From: Bacteroidota bacterium
GTDB taxonomy: Bacteria > Bacteroidota > Bacteroidia > NS11-12g > UBA9320
DNA: 64,000 bases
Assembly (NCBI GenBank): GCA_024679565.1
Contig: JAIBDD010000010.1
Location: forward strand, 29,396-93,395
Direction of reading: 5' to 3'
Part shown: positions 18,381 to 29,800 of the stretch, in pieces
Numbering within the stretch: position 1 is the stretch's first letter
Layout: the number at the start of each line of letters is the position of its first letter
Notes under the pieces: generated by a model
Databases searched by the model: none
Seen by the model: only the letters and a program-made list of their open reading frames with translations
Told to the model about the DNA's origin: nothing
Translations under genes and position numbers: made by a program

Positions 18381-19119
18381 CTTTAATACATCTAATCGCG
18401 GCTTTTTGTACGGAGATGGTTTTTTTGAAACCATGCGTATCGATAACAACGATATACCGCTATGGTCTCTTCATATTGAGCGCGCCAAAAGGGCTGGAGA
18501 TTTTCTCGAATTCACTTGGCCCGATACTTCGACTGTAGAAAGCTTGAAAGCAGAGATTCTTCAAAACCAACCAGACGGGAGTGACATCGTTAGGCTAGAC
18601 TTTTTTCGAGAGGGAGGAGGTACGTATATCCCGAATTCTTCTGAAGTAGGTATGGTGTACAGCTATAGATCTTTGCCCGATAAACCAAGCGCATTTGTAG
18701 TAGACCTGAATCAAATAGAGCCGGCGATAGCATCACTACAACCCATATCCATTGGCTTCTACAAAGAATTGACCAAATCGTCAAATGCTTTATCTACATT
18801 TAAAACCACCTCAGCATTGTTATTGGTTAAAGCGGGATTGTATCTTAAGAATCAACCTGGGATTGACGACATAATATTGTTTAACGACAAGGGGTTAATT
18901 TGTGAAGCGCTTTCTAGTAATATTCTAATAAAAAAAGCAGGTAAATGGTATGGTGTTTCCGCAGAACATGGCCCAGTTCAGGGTGTATATCAAGGTTACA
19001 TCACCAAAACGTTAGGGGTTGAGTTTACTTCAATAACACTAGAAGATGTTGTTCAAGCGGATAAAATTATTCTAACCAATGCAGCTACAGGCATCACCGC
19101 TGCTCAATTAATTGGCTAA
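18373..19119 (+). CDS. PLP-dependent aminotransferase class IV (PabC/IlvE-like)
   Basis: NRGFLYGDGFFETMR, H..R, FKT (PLP Lys), E...SN. Confidence 0.8.
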   Translation: MANFNTSNRGFLYGDGFFETMRIDNNDIPLWSLHIERAKRAGDFLEFTWPDTSTVESLKAEILQNQPDGSDIVRLDFFREGGGTYIPNSSEVGMVYSYRSLPDKPSAFVVDLNQIEPAIASLQPISIGFYKELTKSSNALSTFKTTSALLLVKAGLYLKNQPGIDDIILFNDKGLICEALSSNILIKKAGKWYGVSAEHGPVQGVYQGYITKTLGVEFTSITLEDVVQADKIILTNAATGITAAQLIG

Positions 19120-20091
19120 GATCTCGGCCATTCTAATTAAATCAGGGTTAACCTGTTTTGATTTTCCAATAGCCACTTCAAAGTCAGTCAAAATTACTTC
19201 CCCACCAACAATACCAACAGCCTTAGAAACTTCGCCTTTTCTCAAAGCTTCTACGGCTTCATAGCCCAGTTGACTGGCCAATACTCTATCTCTTGCGGTT
19301 GGGCTACCACCTCGTTGTATATGTCCTAGTATAGTTGTGCGTACATCAATGTCGTCAAATTCAGTTTCTAGCCTGTCTTGAATGGCTAAGGCTCCGCCTT
19401 GTCTGTCCCCTTCAGCAACCACCACTATCGAAAACGATTTTGTTCTTCTTGAAGTGTCTTTAAAGTGATCCATAAGCTGTGACATTTCACCCTTTTGTTC
19501 TGGGATAAAAATAGCCTCGGCGCCTCCCGAAATTCCAACGGCAAGTGCAATAAATCCTGCGTCTCTTCCCATTACTTCTACCAAAAACACGCGATTGTGC
19601 GACCCTGCTGTGTCACGAATTTTATCGATGGCGTCACAAGCCGTGTTTATTGCGGTGTCGTAACCAATAGTAAAATCGGTTCCGTATAAGTCATTATCAA
19701 TAGTGCCAGGGAGGCCTATTGTTGGTATACGATGTTCTTCATATAGTTTCATTGCTCCGGTGTAAGAGCCATTCCCACCAATACAAACCAGTGCATCAAT
19801 CTGCTGAGTTTTTAAGTTTTTGGCAGCCAATGCACGACCTTCAGGCGTGCGAAAATCATCACATCTCGCTGTTTTTAAAACGGTGCCACCCAATTGAATA
19901 ATATTCGCTACCGATCTAGATTTTAACTCGACAAAGTCATTGTCAATCATCCCTTGATACCCACGTCGAATACCATACACATCTATGTGGCTATAAGCAG
20001 CTGTTCGAACAACCGCTCTTATAGCCGCATTCATTCCTGGAGCGTCTCCACCAGAAGTGAATACCCCTATTCTTTTTATTTCGTCACTCAC
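19108..20091 (-). CDS. pfkA: ATP-dependent 6-phosphofructokinase
   Basis: TSGGDAPGMNA, PGTIDND, EVMGRDAG, LGHIQRGG; start uncertain (GTG at 20091 assumed). Confidence 0.95.
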   Translation of the reverse strand: MSDEIKRIGVFTSGGDAPGMNAAIRAVVRTAAYSHIDVYGIRRGYQGMIDNDFVELKSRSVANIIQLGGTVLKTARCDDFRTPEGRALAAKNLKTQQIDALVCIGGNGSYTGAMKLYEEHRIPTIGLPGTIDNDLYGTDFTIGYDTAINTACDAIDKIRDTAGSHNRVFLVEVMGRDAGFIALAVGISGGAEAIFIPEQKGEMSQLMDHFKDTSRRTKSFSIVVVAEGDRQGGALAIQDRLETEFDDIDVRTTILGHIQRGGSPTARDRVLASQLGYEAVEALRKGEVSKAVGIVGGEVILTDFEVAIGKSKQVNPDLIRMAEILAN

Positions 20092-20104
20092 TGTACAAAT
20101 AAGC

Positions 20105-20138
20105 AAAAAAAAGACCGATGAGCAATCATCGGTCTTTT
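20105..20138 (-). terminator. Intrinsic terminator after the lipoprotein gene
   Basis: AAAAGACCGATG/CATCGGTCTTTT stem with an 8-U tract on the minus strand. Confidence 0.85.
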
Positions 20139-20157
20139 CAATTTTATTAACTATTTT

Positions 20158-21051
20158 CTAATCGTCTTCAACTAAGATTTCAAAAGAAATTGTATTGTCA
20201 ACTCCAATTGAGCTTACTTTAACTAAAGCAAATTTACCAGAAGCACTAACAGGGCTTACGAATAATACATCACCAGATTTGATTTCTGTGTATTGCGTTG
20301 TAGCCGCACTGCTAGTAAACTCAGCCAATAACTCTTTAGAGTCACTCATTGAACTGAATTGCCCTACGGTAATGTTTGTTTGACGGAGTTTTGTAGCATT
20401 TCTAGTTGTCCAATCAGAAGTCTTTAAGAATGTGTTGACATCGTCAGAACTTGGAGAACCAAAGTAAGATGAACCAGATCCGTCAACGATATAAATTAAA
20501 TCCATATTCTCAGATGCGCTTCTTGCGCCAGCCAATAAATTAACTGACATGTCCGACATATTTAAAGTCGACCCAACGTTAGAAGAATTTTGATTTCCTA
20601 AAACGATGTCGATCTTTCTAATGGCCTTAGGTACTGCAGTTCTGTTAAATGTGATTGATTCTGTTGTAGAGTTACCATCCTTGTCTGCAATTGTAAAAAA
20701 CCAAGTTTCTGTACCAGGCTTGTTCTCAACTGCATTTGTGAAATCGATTGTAAACGAATTTTCGTTGATTGTCGTATCACATAAAGTACAGTTTAAAGGA
20801 GCAACTTGTGTTCCTCCGTCATAACTAACAGTGATTACCAATGTCTCGATTTTTGAATCATGAGAGGCACTCAAACCAACTGTAAAATCTGAACCAGATA
20901 CAATGTCACCATCTGTTGATGTATATCCTGCACCAGCAAGAAAGTTTAATTTAGGTTTTGTCGCTTCAGGTTCGTCTGTAGTACATGAGTTGAAAGTCAA
21001 TGCACTAACTGCCAAAAGTCCAATTAACAGTTTGAATTTTACGTTTTTCAT
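20158..21051 (-). CDS. Hypothetical lipoprotein, probably surface-exposed
   Basis: Lipobox FNS-C followed by acidic TTDEPE; Ser/Thr-rich beta protein. Confidence 0.75.
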   Translation of the reverse strand: MKNVKFKLLIGLLAVSALTFNSCTTDEPEATKPKLNFLAGAGYTSTDGDIVSGSDFTVGLSASHDSKIETLVITVSYDGGTQVAPLNCTLCDTTINENSFTIDFTNAVENKPGTETWFFTIADKDGNSTTESITFNRTAVPKAIRKIDIVLGNQNSSNVGSTLNMSDMSVNLLAGARSASENMDLIYIVDGSGSSYFGSPSSDDVNTFLKTSDWTTRNATKLRQTNITVGQFSSMSDSKELLAEFTSSAATTQYTEIKSGDVLFVSPVSASGKFALVKVSSIGVDNTISFEILVEDD

Positions 21052-21142
21052 TATCTATTGTCTATAAGTTTTGGGCAAAGATACATTTCACTCAAGAAAA
21101 AAATAAGTAATTGCTCAAACTTACCTTATTATTACAAGCATC

Positions 21143-22981
21143 ATGGTTTTAAGTTGGATTGATTGGCTCATTATTGGCGCCTTTTTTGCCCTCTCAATAG
21201 GTATTAGTTTTCGTTACAAGCAACTTGGCGAATCTGGGTTAACTGGGTTTTTTCTTGGGGGAAGAAACTTGCCTTGGTATTTAGCTGGTTTAAGCATGGT
21301 GGCCACAACTTTTGCCGCCGATACGCCTTTGGCAGTTACCGAACTTGTGGCGCAGGGTGGTGTAGCGAAAAACTGGCTGTGGTGGAATGCATTGTCTGGA
21401 GGTCTGTTAACGACTATCTTTTTTACCAGACTATGGAGAAGGTCCGGTGTTCTTACCGAAGTAGAATTTATTAATATCCGATACAGTGGTAAAGCGGCTA
21501 AGTTTTTAAGAAGCTTTAAAGCGGTATACCTTGGGTTGTTTATCAATGCCATGATTATCGCATGGGTGAATTTAGCCTTTATGGCACTCATTCAAGTATT
21601 TTTTGGCGTTGAAGGAACAAACCTATATCTCATCACTGCGGCGGCCATGGTATTTGTTTTTGCTTACTCGTCAATTTCAGGGTTAAAAGGCATAGCGGTA
21701 ACAGATGCAGTTCAATTTATCATTGCCATTGTCGGCTGTATAATTCTTGCCGTTTTGGTTTTACAAAGCGAGAAGGTCGGCGGCATAGCTGGTCTAAAAG
21801 AGAAATTGCCGCCTTCGGCATTTAAGTTATTTCCTTCGATTGGCGATGGTGCTGATGGGGTAGGAGGTGTTATGAATGCAGGTAAGCAACTCACGCTTAC
21901 GCTAACTACATTTTTAACTTACGTCGGCGTGTTATGGTGGAGTAGCTGGTATCCTGGCGCAGAACCCGGCGGCGGAGGCTATGTAGCACAACGTATAATG
22001 GCTGCAAAGGATGAGAAGAATTCGGTTTTTGCAACACTGTTCTTTCAAATTGCTCATTTCTGTTTAAGACCTTGGCCTTGGATTATTGTAGCATTGGCCG
22101 CTTTAGTCCTTTACCCAGATTTAAGCCCAGCAGATCAGAAACTGGGATATGTAATGGCCATGAAAGACTTTCTTCCGACAGGATTGCGCGGGATGTTGCT
22201 TGTGGCCTTCTTGGGAGCTTATATGAGCACCATATCTACGCAATTGAACTGGGGAGCTAGTTATTTAATCAATGACCTCTATGTGCCGCTTGATAAGAAG
22301 AAACAGACTAGTGAAGACGAACCGTCTTACAATAAAAAACTTGTTAAAGCGAGTCGCATTGCCACCTTTTTCATTATGGCTTTTGGATTGCTGGTTACCA
22401 CCCAAATTACAACAATTACTAGTGTTTGGGAGTTTATTTTCCAATGTGGAAGTGGACTCGGCCTTGTCCTCATTTTGCGATGGTTTTGGCATAGAATTAA
22501 CGTGTGGAGCGAAATTACTGCCACAATAGCACCCTTTGTGGCTTACGGGTATATTCAATTTAAGCGTTTCGTTTTCGAGAGTCAAATTACAACCACGGTA
22601 AAAACACTTGATGAGTTGACTCAAGATATTTGGTACTACGATTTTGCCAACGGGGTTTTATTTTCGGTAGGTATTACTACTGTGGCGTGGTTAATTGTTA
22701 CTTACTTGACTAAACCAACCGATACGATAAAACTCCAAGCATTTTATGACAAGGTGAAGCCCACAGGGGTTTGGGGGGATTTTGGCACTCCAGACAACAA
22801 GCCTATGCGGTGGTTATCGGGTGCGTGGTTAACGGGTATTATAATGGTGTATAGTTTGCTGTTTTGCAGTGGCAAAGTAATCTTTCAAGAGTGGGACTCA
22901 GCACTACTTTACGGTGTGACAGCTGTAGGGAGTTTTGTTTTGTTTCGCTGGTTTGCTACAAAAGGAAAACTGTTCCAATAG
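21143..22981 (+). CDS. Sodium:solute symporter (SSS family)
   Basis: FFLGGRNLPW, SMVATTFAADT, QRIMAAK, AYMSTIST. Confidence 0.9.
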   Translation: MVLSWIDWLIIGAFFALSIGISFRYKQLGESGLTGFFLGGRNLPWYLAGLSMVATTFAADTPLAVTELVAQGGVAKNWLWWNALSGGLLTTIFFTRLWRRSGVLTEVEFINIRYSGKAAKFLRSFKAVYLGLFINAMIIAWVNLAFMALIQVFFGVEGTNLYLITAAAMVFVFAYSSISGLKGIAVTDAVQFIIAIVGCIILAVLVLQSEKVGGIAGLKEKLPPSAFKLFPSIGDGADGVGGVMNAGKQLTLTLTTFLTYVGVLWWSSWYPGAEPGGGGYVAQRIMAAKDEKNSVFATLFFQIAHFCLRPWPWIIVALAALVLYPDLSPADQKLGYVMAMKDFLPTGLRGMLLVAFLGAYMSTISTQLNWGASYLINDLYVPLDKKKQTSEDEPSYNKKLVKASRIATFFIMAFGLLVTTQITTITSVWEFIFQCGSGLGLVLILRWFWHRINVWSEITATIAPFVAYGYIQFKRFVFESQITTTVKTLDELTQDIWYYDFANGVLFSVGITTVAWLIVTYLTKPTDTIKLQAFYDKVKPTGVWGDFGTPDNKPMRWLSGAWLTGIIMVYSLLFCSGKVIFQEWDSALLYGVTAVGSFVLFRWFATKGKLFQ

Positions 22982-22983
22982 GT

Positions 22984-22999
22984 TGGCACGACAATTGTC
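22984..22999 (+). promoter_or_regulatory. Possible sigma54 promoter of lon
   Basis: TGGCACG-ACAA-TTGT: perfect -24 element, variant -12 element. Confidence 0.5.
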
Positions 23000-23045
23000 A
23001 ATTGGTATTACCAATTAGAATAAGATTTAATCTGACACATTGACA

Positions 23046-25505
23046 ATGTTTGACAAAACGAACGGTTATTTCCACTTGGAAAATGACGACGATATAGACA
23101 ACCCTGGATTCGTTACGCTAATGACCCAGGATGAGGAGAACGAGATAAATAAACAAGAATTCCCTGATGAGCTACCGGTTCTACCGTTGAGAAATACGGT
23201 TCTTTTTCCTGGGGTGGTGTTTCCCATCACGTTAGGTAGAGATAAATCAATCAAGCTGATTAAAGACGCATACAAATCCACTAAAACGATAGGTGTTGTT
23301 TCGCAAAAGGATGCCAAGATTGAAGATCCTTCCATTGGTGATTTGCATACCATCGGAACGATGGCACACATAGTGAAAATGATACGTATGCCAGATGGTA
23401 ATACGACGGCCATTATTCAAGGAAAACGAAAGTTTAGAATCGAGGAGTTTTCTACTACCGAGCCCTATTTTAAGGCACGTGTGGTATCTGAGCCAGAAGA
23501 AAAGTATAAAGCGGACAAGAATTTTAATGCACTATTAAGCTCGGTGAAGGAATTGGCGACACAAATTGTGGAACTGTCTCCGAACATACCAACAGAAGCT
23601 AATTTTGCGCTGAAAAATATTGACAGTCCTAATTTTCTAATCAATTTTATTGCCTCGAACCTGAATGTTGGAATTGACGAGAAACAAACCATTCTAGAGC
23701 TTAAGAGTCTTCCTCAAAAGGCAGAAGAAGTACTGCAGCACCTTACAAAGGAATTGCAAATGCTTGAACTAAAGACTCAAATACAGTCTAAGGTGAAAGT
23801 TGATTTAGATAAGCAACAGCGTGAGTATTTCCTACATCAACAAATTCGTGCTATCCAAGAAGAACTAGGGCAGGAGTCGCCAGACAAGGAAATTGAAAAT
23901 TTAAGGCTCAAAGGAAAGCAAAAGGATTGGCCAGAGTCGGTATCAAAAATATACTTTAAGGAGCTTGATAAGCTCCAACGTACCAACCCGGCCGCACCAG
24001 ACTATTCGGTTAGTTTGAACTACGTTGAGCTGTTACTTGAACTTCCTTGGAATACCTATTCAAAAGACAATTTCGACATACAAAGAGCTAAGAAAACCTT
24101 AGACGCCGATCATTTTGGTTTAGAAAAGGTTAAAGATAGGATTTTAGAATACTTGGCGGTACTTAAGCTTAAAGGGGACATGAAGAGTCCAATTTTGTGC
24201 TTATACGGCCCTCCAGGAGTTGGTAAAACATCACTTGGTAAGTCAATTGCTCGAGCGGTTGGAAGAAAATATGTACGTATGTCTCTAGGTGGATTACACG
24301 ATGAGGCAGAACTGCGTGGCCACAGAAAAACCTATATCGGTGCGATGCCTGGCCGTATAATTCAATCACTCAAAAAAGCTCAAACGTCTAATCCAATCTT
24401 TGTTCTTGATGAGATTGATAAGATAGGCAATGATTTTAGAGGTGATCCTTCTTCCGCATTATTGGAAATATTGGACCCTGAACAAAACAATTCTTTTCAT
24501 GACAACTACGTAGATATCGATTACGATTTGTCTAAGATTATGTTTGTTGCCACAGCAAACCGCCTAGACACCATACAGCCTGCCCTACTTGATAGAATGG
24601 AAATCATTGAGATTAATGGATATACGCAGGAAGAGAAGATCGAAATCGCAAAGAAATATTTGGTTCCTAAGCAACGCAAAGAACATGGGTTGAAATCGAA
24701 TCAGTTCAAATTGTCAGATGCCATCCTTGGTAAAATAGTGGACGAATACACGCGTGAAAGTGGTGTTCGTGGATTGGAAAAAAAAATCGCCTCACTCGCC
24801 CGGTATAGAGCCAAACAAATTGTTGGCAATGAAGAGATGTCTTCAAAGGTTACCGCTAAAGATGTTGTGACTATTCTAGGAAATCAAAGAATCGAAAAAG
24901 AGCAGTATCAAAACAATGATACCGCTGGTGTTGTAACTGGTTTAGCTTGGACGTCGGTTGGTGGTGAGATTTTGTTTGTCGAAAGTTCAATGACCAAAGG
25001 CAAAGGGAAACTTACGCTGACGGGTCAATTGGGTGATGTGATGAAAGAGTCCGCAATTACCGCTTTGACCTATCTTAAAGCAAATAGTGACTACCTGGAC
25101 ATAGACTATCACGTTTTTGATCAATACGATTTTCATATTCACTTTCCAGCAGGAGCTGTACCCAAAGATGGACCTTCCGCAGGTATTACAATCCTGACCT
25201 CTTTGGCAAGTATGATAACACAACGTAAGGTGAAATCGCATTTAGCCATGACTGGTGAAATTACCTTGAGAGGTAAGGTGCTTCCAGTAGGAGGGATTAA
25301 AGAAAAGATTCTGGCAGCGAAACGTGCTGGAATTAAAGATATCATACTGTCCGAAACCAATAGAAAGGACATTCAAGATATCCCTGAACAGTATGTGAAG
25401 GATTTAAGTTTCCATTATGTAAAGAATATGTTGAATGTGCTGGATGTAGCTTTAACAAACGACAAAGTGGACAATCACAAAACTTGGGTTATAGAAACCA
25501 AGTAA
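23046..25505 (+). CDS. lon: Lon protease
   Basis: [28 protein letters not shown] catalytic Ser, GGIKEK. Confidence 0.98.
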   Translation: MFDKTNGYFHLENDDDIDNPGFVTLMTQDEENEINKQEFPDELPVLPLRNTVLFPGVVFPITLGRDKSIKLIKDAYKSTKTIGVVSQKDAKIEDPSIGDLHTIGTMAHIVKMIRMPDGNTTAIIQGKRKFRIEEFSTTEPYFKARVVSEPEEKYKADKNFNALLSSVKELATQIVELSPNIPTEANFALKNIDSPNFLINFIASNLNVGIDEKQTILELKSLPQKAEEVLQHLTKELQMLELKTQIQSKVKVDLDKQQREYFLHQQIRAIQEELGQESPDKEIENLRLKGKQKDWPESVSKIYFKELDKLQRTNPAAPDYSVSLNYVELLLELPWNTYSKDNFDIQRAKKTLDADHFGLEKVKDRILEYLAVLKLKGDMKSPILCLYGPPGVGKTSLGKSIARAVGRKYVRMSLGGLHDEAELRGHRKTYIGAMPGRIIQSLKKAQTSNPIFVLDEIDKIGNDFRGDPSSALLEILDPEQNNSFHDNYVDIDYDLSKIMFVATANRLDTIQPALLDRMEIIEINGYTQEEKIEIAKKYLVPKQRKEHGLKSNQFKLSDAILGKIVDEYTRESGVRGLEKKIASLARYRAKQIVGNEEMSSKVTAKDVVTILGNQRIEKEQYQNNDTAGVVTGLAWTSVGGEILFVESSMTKGKGKLTLTGQLGDVMKESAITALTYLKANSDYLDIDYHVFDQYDFHIHFPAGAVPKDGPSAGITILTSLASMITQRKVKSHLAMTGEITLRGKVLPVGGIKEKILAAKRAGIKDIILSETNRKDIQDIPEQYVKDLSFHYVKNMLNVLDVALTNDKVDNHKTWVIETK

Positions 25506-25523
25506 TTGATAATAGAAGACAAC

Positions 25524-25556
25524 AAAAAAGGCCTCGTGATTCACGAGGCCTTTTTT
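25524..25556. terminator. Bidirectional intrinsic terminator between lon and porV
   Basis: AAAAAAGGCCTCGTG-ATT-CACGAGGCCTTTTTT between convergent genes. Confidence 0.9.
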
Positions 25557-25573
25557 AATTTGGGTTATTTTTT

Positions 25574-26821
25574 TTATCGTGTCGTTGACGTCGAATTTTG
25601 CTTTGTAAATGCATCCATGTCAAATAACAAGGTAAACCTAATTGTATTTTGAAGTGGATGTTGTGTTTTAAAAGGCATTAGATAAGAAATGTCTAAACCG
25701 AAAACATTATAGTGAATACCTGCACCTAAGGTAAGGTACTTTCTGCCACCTTTGGTTTCTGCTTCGTGGAAGTAACCAGCTCTTATCGCAAAGCTTTCGT
25801 CGTACCAGTATTCCATACCAATATTGGTGATGAATTCTTTTAATTCTTCCTTAAGACCACCTGGTGCATCACCAAATGAATTAAACATGCCAGTAATAGG
25901 AGGTGCGTCTGAAGTTTTCCAACCTACAATTACTCTTGACCCGTCAGCAAAAACAGAATCTTGTCCTGCGCTATTCTCAAGGTATAAAGGCTGTGGTGTT
26001 GGTACCATCAATTTGTTAAAATCAATACCGAAACCAATCTTGTTGTGTTCGTCGATTTCAGTTTCCCAATATGTTCCGATTCTTAAGTTAACAGGGATGA
26101 AATCTCTGTTGGCGTCATTGGTATACGTGATTTTAGATCCCATATTGGTGATACTCGCACCAATGGCGTAGTTCCAATCTCTGTCTTGGATTTTTATTTC
26201 ATCCTTATAGTAAGCGCCAATGTCTCCTGCAACGGCTTGGCCTGGGCGAATATTTGCGCCGGTGAGTCTTTTAGAAATTAATCGACTATTGATATATCTT
26301 GTAGCAATACCAAGTGAGAACTTTTTTGATAACTGCAAAGAATAAGACACGTCAAACGAGAATTCTTTTGGTTCGTCATTTCCAGTAGGATTCCCAGATT
26401 CGTCTGTGAATTGGATACTACCTAAACTGAAATATCTTAAAGAGGCCGCAACAGTGCCACGTTTTTTGTCGCCGACTTTAGCATACCCAGATAAATAGTA
26501 AAACCAAATGTCTGGAACCAAACGCTTAAGCCAAGGTGCTGCTCCTAAAGACAACCCCGCATCGTCTTCAATAAAAGCCATTTTCCCAGGATTCCAATGA
26601 AGGCCATTAGCGTCTGGAGATGTAGCAACGCCTATGTCACCCATACCTGCCGCACGTGCGTCTGGTGTGATGGTAAGGAATGGAACGGCCGTTGTGATTG
26701 TATTCAACTGGCCAAGTAGGTTTTTATCAGTCTGCAAACCTCCTTGAGCGAAGGTCATTTGAGACGATGACAGCAATACGATTGCTATTAGGTACGATTT
26801 CACTTTACTTGTAACTTTCAC
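25574..26821 (-). CDS. porV: T9SS outer-membrane shuttle PorV
   Basis: ITTAVPFLTITPDARAAGMGD, SLRYFSLG, RAGYFHE...KG.RKY; directly follows porU. Confidence 0.93.
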   Translation of the reverse strand: MKVTSKVKSYLIAIVLLSSSQMTFAQGGLQTDKNLLGQLNTITTAVPFLTITPDARAAGMGDIGVATSPDANGLHWNPGKMAFIEDDAGLSLGAAPWLKRLVPDIWFYYLSGYAKVGDKKRGTVAASLRYFSLGSIQFTDESGNPTGNDEPKEFSFDVSYSLQLSKKFSLGIATRYINSRLISKRLTGANIRPGQAVAGDIGAYYKDEIKIQDRDWNYAIGASITNMGSKITYTNDANRDFIPVNLRIGTYWETEIDEHNKIGFGIDFNKLMVPTPQPLYLENSAGQDSVFADGSRVIVGWKTSDAPPITGMFNSFGDAPGGLKEELKEFITNIGMEYWYDESFAIRAGYFHEAETKGGRKYLTLGAGIHYNVFGLDISYLMPFKTQHPLQNTIRFTLLFDMDAFTKQNSTSTTR

Positions 26822-26878
26822 TATGTTCGTTTTTAAAGGAACGATAAAGGCAAATTTATATTTTTATTTCGAGACCAT

Positions 26879-29800
26879 CTATTTTAAGATGACCAATTTC
26901 TGAGTCACATCGGCCTTATTTCCGTCCTCAGTTTTTACTGATAATTTGTATAGATAAACACCTCTGGCGAGTTGGTCGCCGTAATCATCTTTTCCATTCC
27001 ACGAAATACCACTAAAGTGACTGTTGGCAGCAATCATCTGCTCGTTAAAGGTTTTTACAATTCGACCAGTAGGCGTAATAATTTGAAGCAAAACATCCAT
27101 TTGTTGCCCTACTTTATTGTGGTCGAAATGAAACGCCGTGGAAGAAGTAAATGGATTCGGGAAGTTGATAACATTGTTTAAGGTTAAATCGGCATCGTCA
27201 GCCACCACAAACTCAGTTTCATCTTCCGAAACATTGTTGTAAACATCCCAAACACGGATCTTTAATGTGTGTACCCCTGGCTCAATAGGTTCCATTTGGT
27301 ATTCTACCTCGCCTGCTTGATATGAGTCGAGTTTCGATTGGTAAAAATCGTTTAGTACAATAGTCTGTTCTTGTTCGGTTCCTGCGTCAATAATTGCGGT
27401 AATGTCTCGCCCAATGCCGTTACCAACGGTGTTAATACCATTTTCGTCAAACACCTTGCACAATAGCAGCGGTGTTGGGTCGGTAGTGCCGCCAAACACC
27501 CAAGATTCGTCATCTAAAAACAATTCAACTTCAGGACCGGTTTTATCATCGGCAATCTCTGTAATCGAACCACCGACCGTAATTGAGGTATCGTAACCAT
27601 GTGCGTCGATAACACCGTTATCGGCAAAATAGGAAATCTTACCATCTCCAAAGTTGTAAGAAATGTCTTTTGGGACAACAAATTGGAAAGAAAAATCTCC
27701 ATTTGTTACCGAAACTTTTCCTCGGTATAAAACACTATTTTGTAGTTGGTATTTACGTATATAGCTAAGTTCATCATTTCCTAATGATTCGAAATCCAAA
27801 AATTTATCAAATATAGTGGGGTACACAAATCCGTTAAAATCTGTTGCTTTTTGACCAGATTCGTCGTGCACTTCACCATCAATTTTTATTCTTGAAAACG
27901 CTTTCAACGTGTCAATAGCTTGTACACCAATCGTAGAATCATTAATCTTTGTTGTTACTACTTCGTATTGCGGGAATGCCAGTGTCATTGCCGGGTCGCC
28001 GAGCAAGGAGAAATTTCGTTGGTTAACCGCCCGTTGCGTTTCATTTTTTGTATCTCTAAAAAATATACCAAGAGATTTTGGTCCTCCTTGTAGAGCAACA
28101 ATATTGTTATCCCAAATTTGAACACTTAACCTGGTGTTTAAACTTATTTGCACGAGACGCATGGTTGTGACAAGTCCAACCGCTCCACCATTTGCATTGA
28201 AAAGCATGAGTTCGCCAGGTGAGTCTTGTGCAGGATCGTCGAAGCGGCTTAACTCACAAGTGGCCGTAACCATTAAGGCTAATTTGTCGAGGTTGTCCCA
28301 TGATCTAATGTCATCGCGAGTTACCACACGCTCGTGTGCCATACCTGAGGTACCGCCGTGGCCTAAATAATTAAATATTAAAGTTCCCTTTTCTAATGCT
28401 TTGGTAATAGCAATATTCACATCAGGGTATTTCTCACCACTGCCAAAGCTTTTCTGCTCGTATGCGTCAAGATATATCTTATTTATATTGAAGACCGGTT
28501 CTTGTGATTTAACATAGTTTGACATGGTCTCTGAGTCATCTAGGTGTATTGCACCGTCTTCATCATCACCCAAAAAAGTAATCGTATTTTGCCAATCACC
28601 ATGTGACGACGGGTCGTGATACTTCACAATCTTATCAACCATTATCTTGGCTTGAGCAATAGAGTTGCATGGTATTCTTCCAATGCCAATGTCCAAATCT
28701 TCTGCAGATAGGGTAAGGTCGTAATATCCTTCGCTGTCGTCTAAAATAGCATAGAAGTCGTCTGATGAGTACGAGTTTACAGGGTCTGTTGTGTTACGAC
28801 TTTGAAATGTTGGAATGAAGTTCGTGTTTTCTTCTACTCGATTTTGAAAATCATAACTTCCGTCGCCCATTAGTAGTACATTTTCCAATGGTTTTCCAGA
28901 TGCTAAGCCACGCGTATAAAACATTCTGATGTATTCTCGAATAGCTACAGGGTCTTGCCGACCTCCCGAAAACTCGTTGTAGATATGTCTTACGTTAGTT
29001 ACCCGTACATTTTGGTTGTATTCCGTTCGATGCAAGGCGGCAAGTCTTTCTGCCTCTGGTGCAAAATCTGGATGGGTGATAATAATAAAATCAATATCAG
29101 CCGCCTGATGAATGTTTTGATTTGTGACAGTCTCAACAAATTCAGCAGATTTTTCGTCTCCAGGTTGAAAAAGCACAAACTGCACTTGCTGGCTATCTGA
29201 TGCAACAATGGCATTTTTTAAACCTGATTCATCGAATGTTTCTTGAACACGTGGGTTGAAGTAATTTGAAATATCCCAAATATTATAAGAGGTGCCAGAA
29301 AACTGGTATCTAACCTTGGTATATAGAGCAGCTTCTTTGCTTCGAACAACTTTTTGTGTACCACTTAAACCCAAATTAACGGGCACAGCAAGGCTGTAGT
29401 AATCAATCCAAGCATTTCCCTCATTTGAAGGTAAATTGTAGGTATAGTTTAGTGAAACATTATCTCCAGTTACCTGAAATACACCAGATTTACTAGCTAT
29501 GCGTCCAAATGTATCATCGTAGTCGCCACTTACAGCGCCGAAGAACATATTATGCCAGTTCTGACCATTAACATCAAGAGCACATGAGGCATTTGCACCA
29601 ATAGCTCTTGCCGCAAACCGATGTGAAATATAAGCGTTGTACGTTGGGTCTACATTGGAAAAATTATGGTTAAAAGTTTGCGTTTTATTGACCCGAAACT
29701 CGTCGCCATACCAAATTCTCCCACTCTGAATGAAGTTTAACTCATCCTGTTCGTGATGAACAAGGTCAAAATAGTAATCTAGGTTTTCGTCAAAACTATT

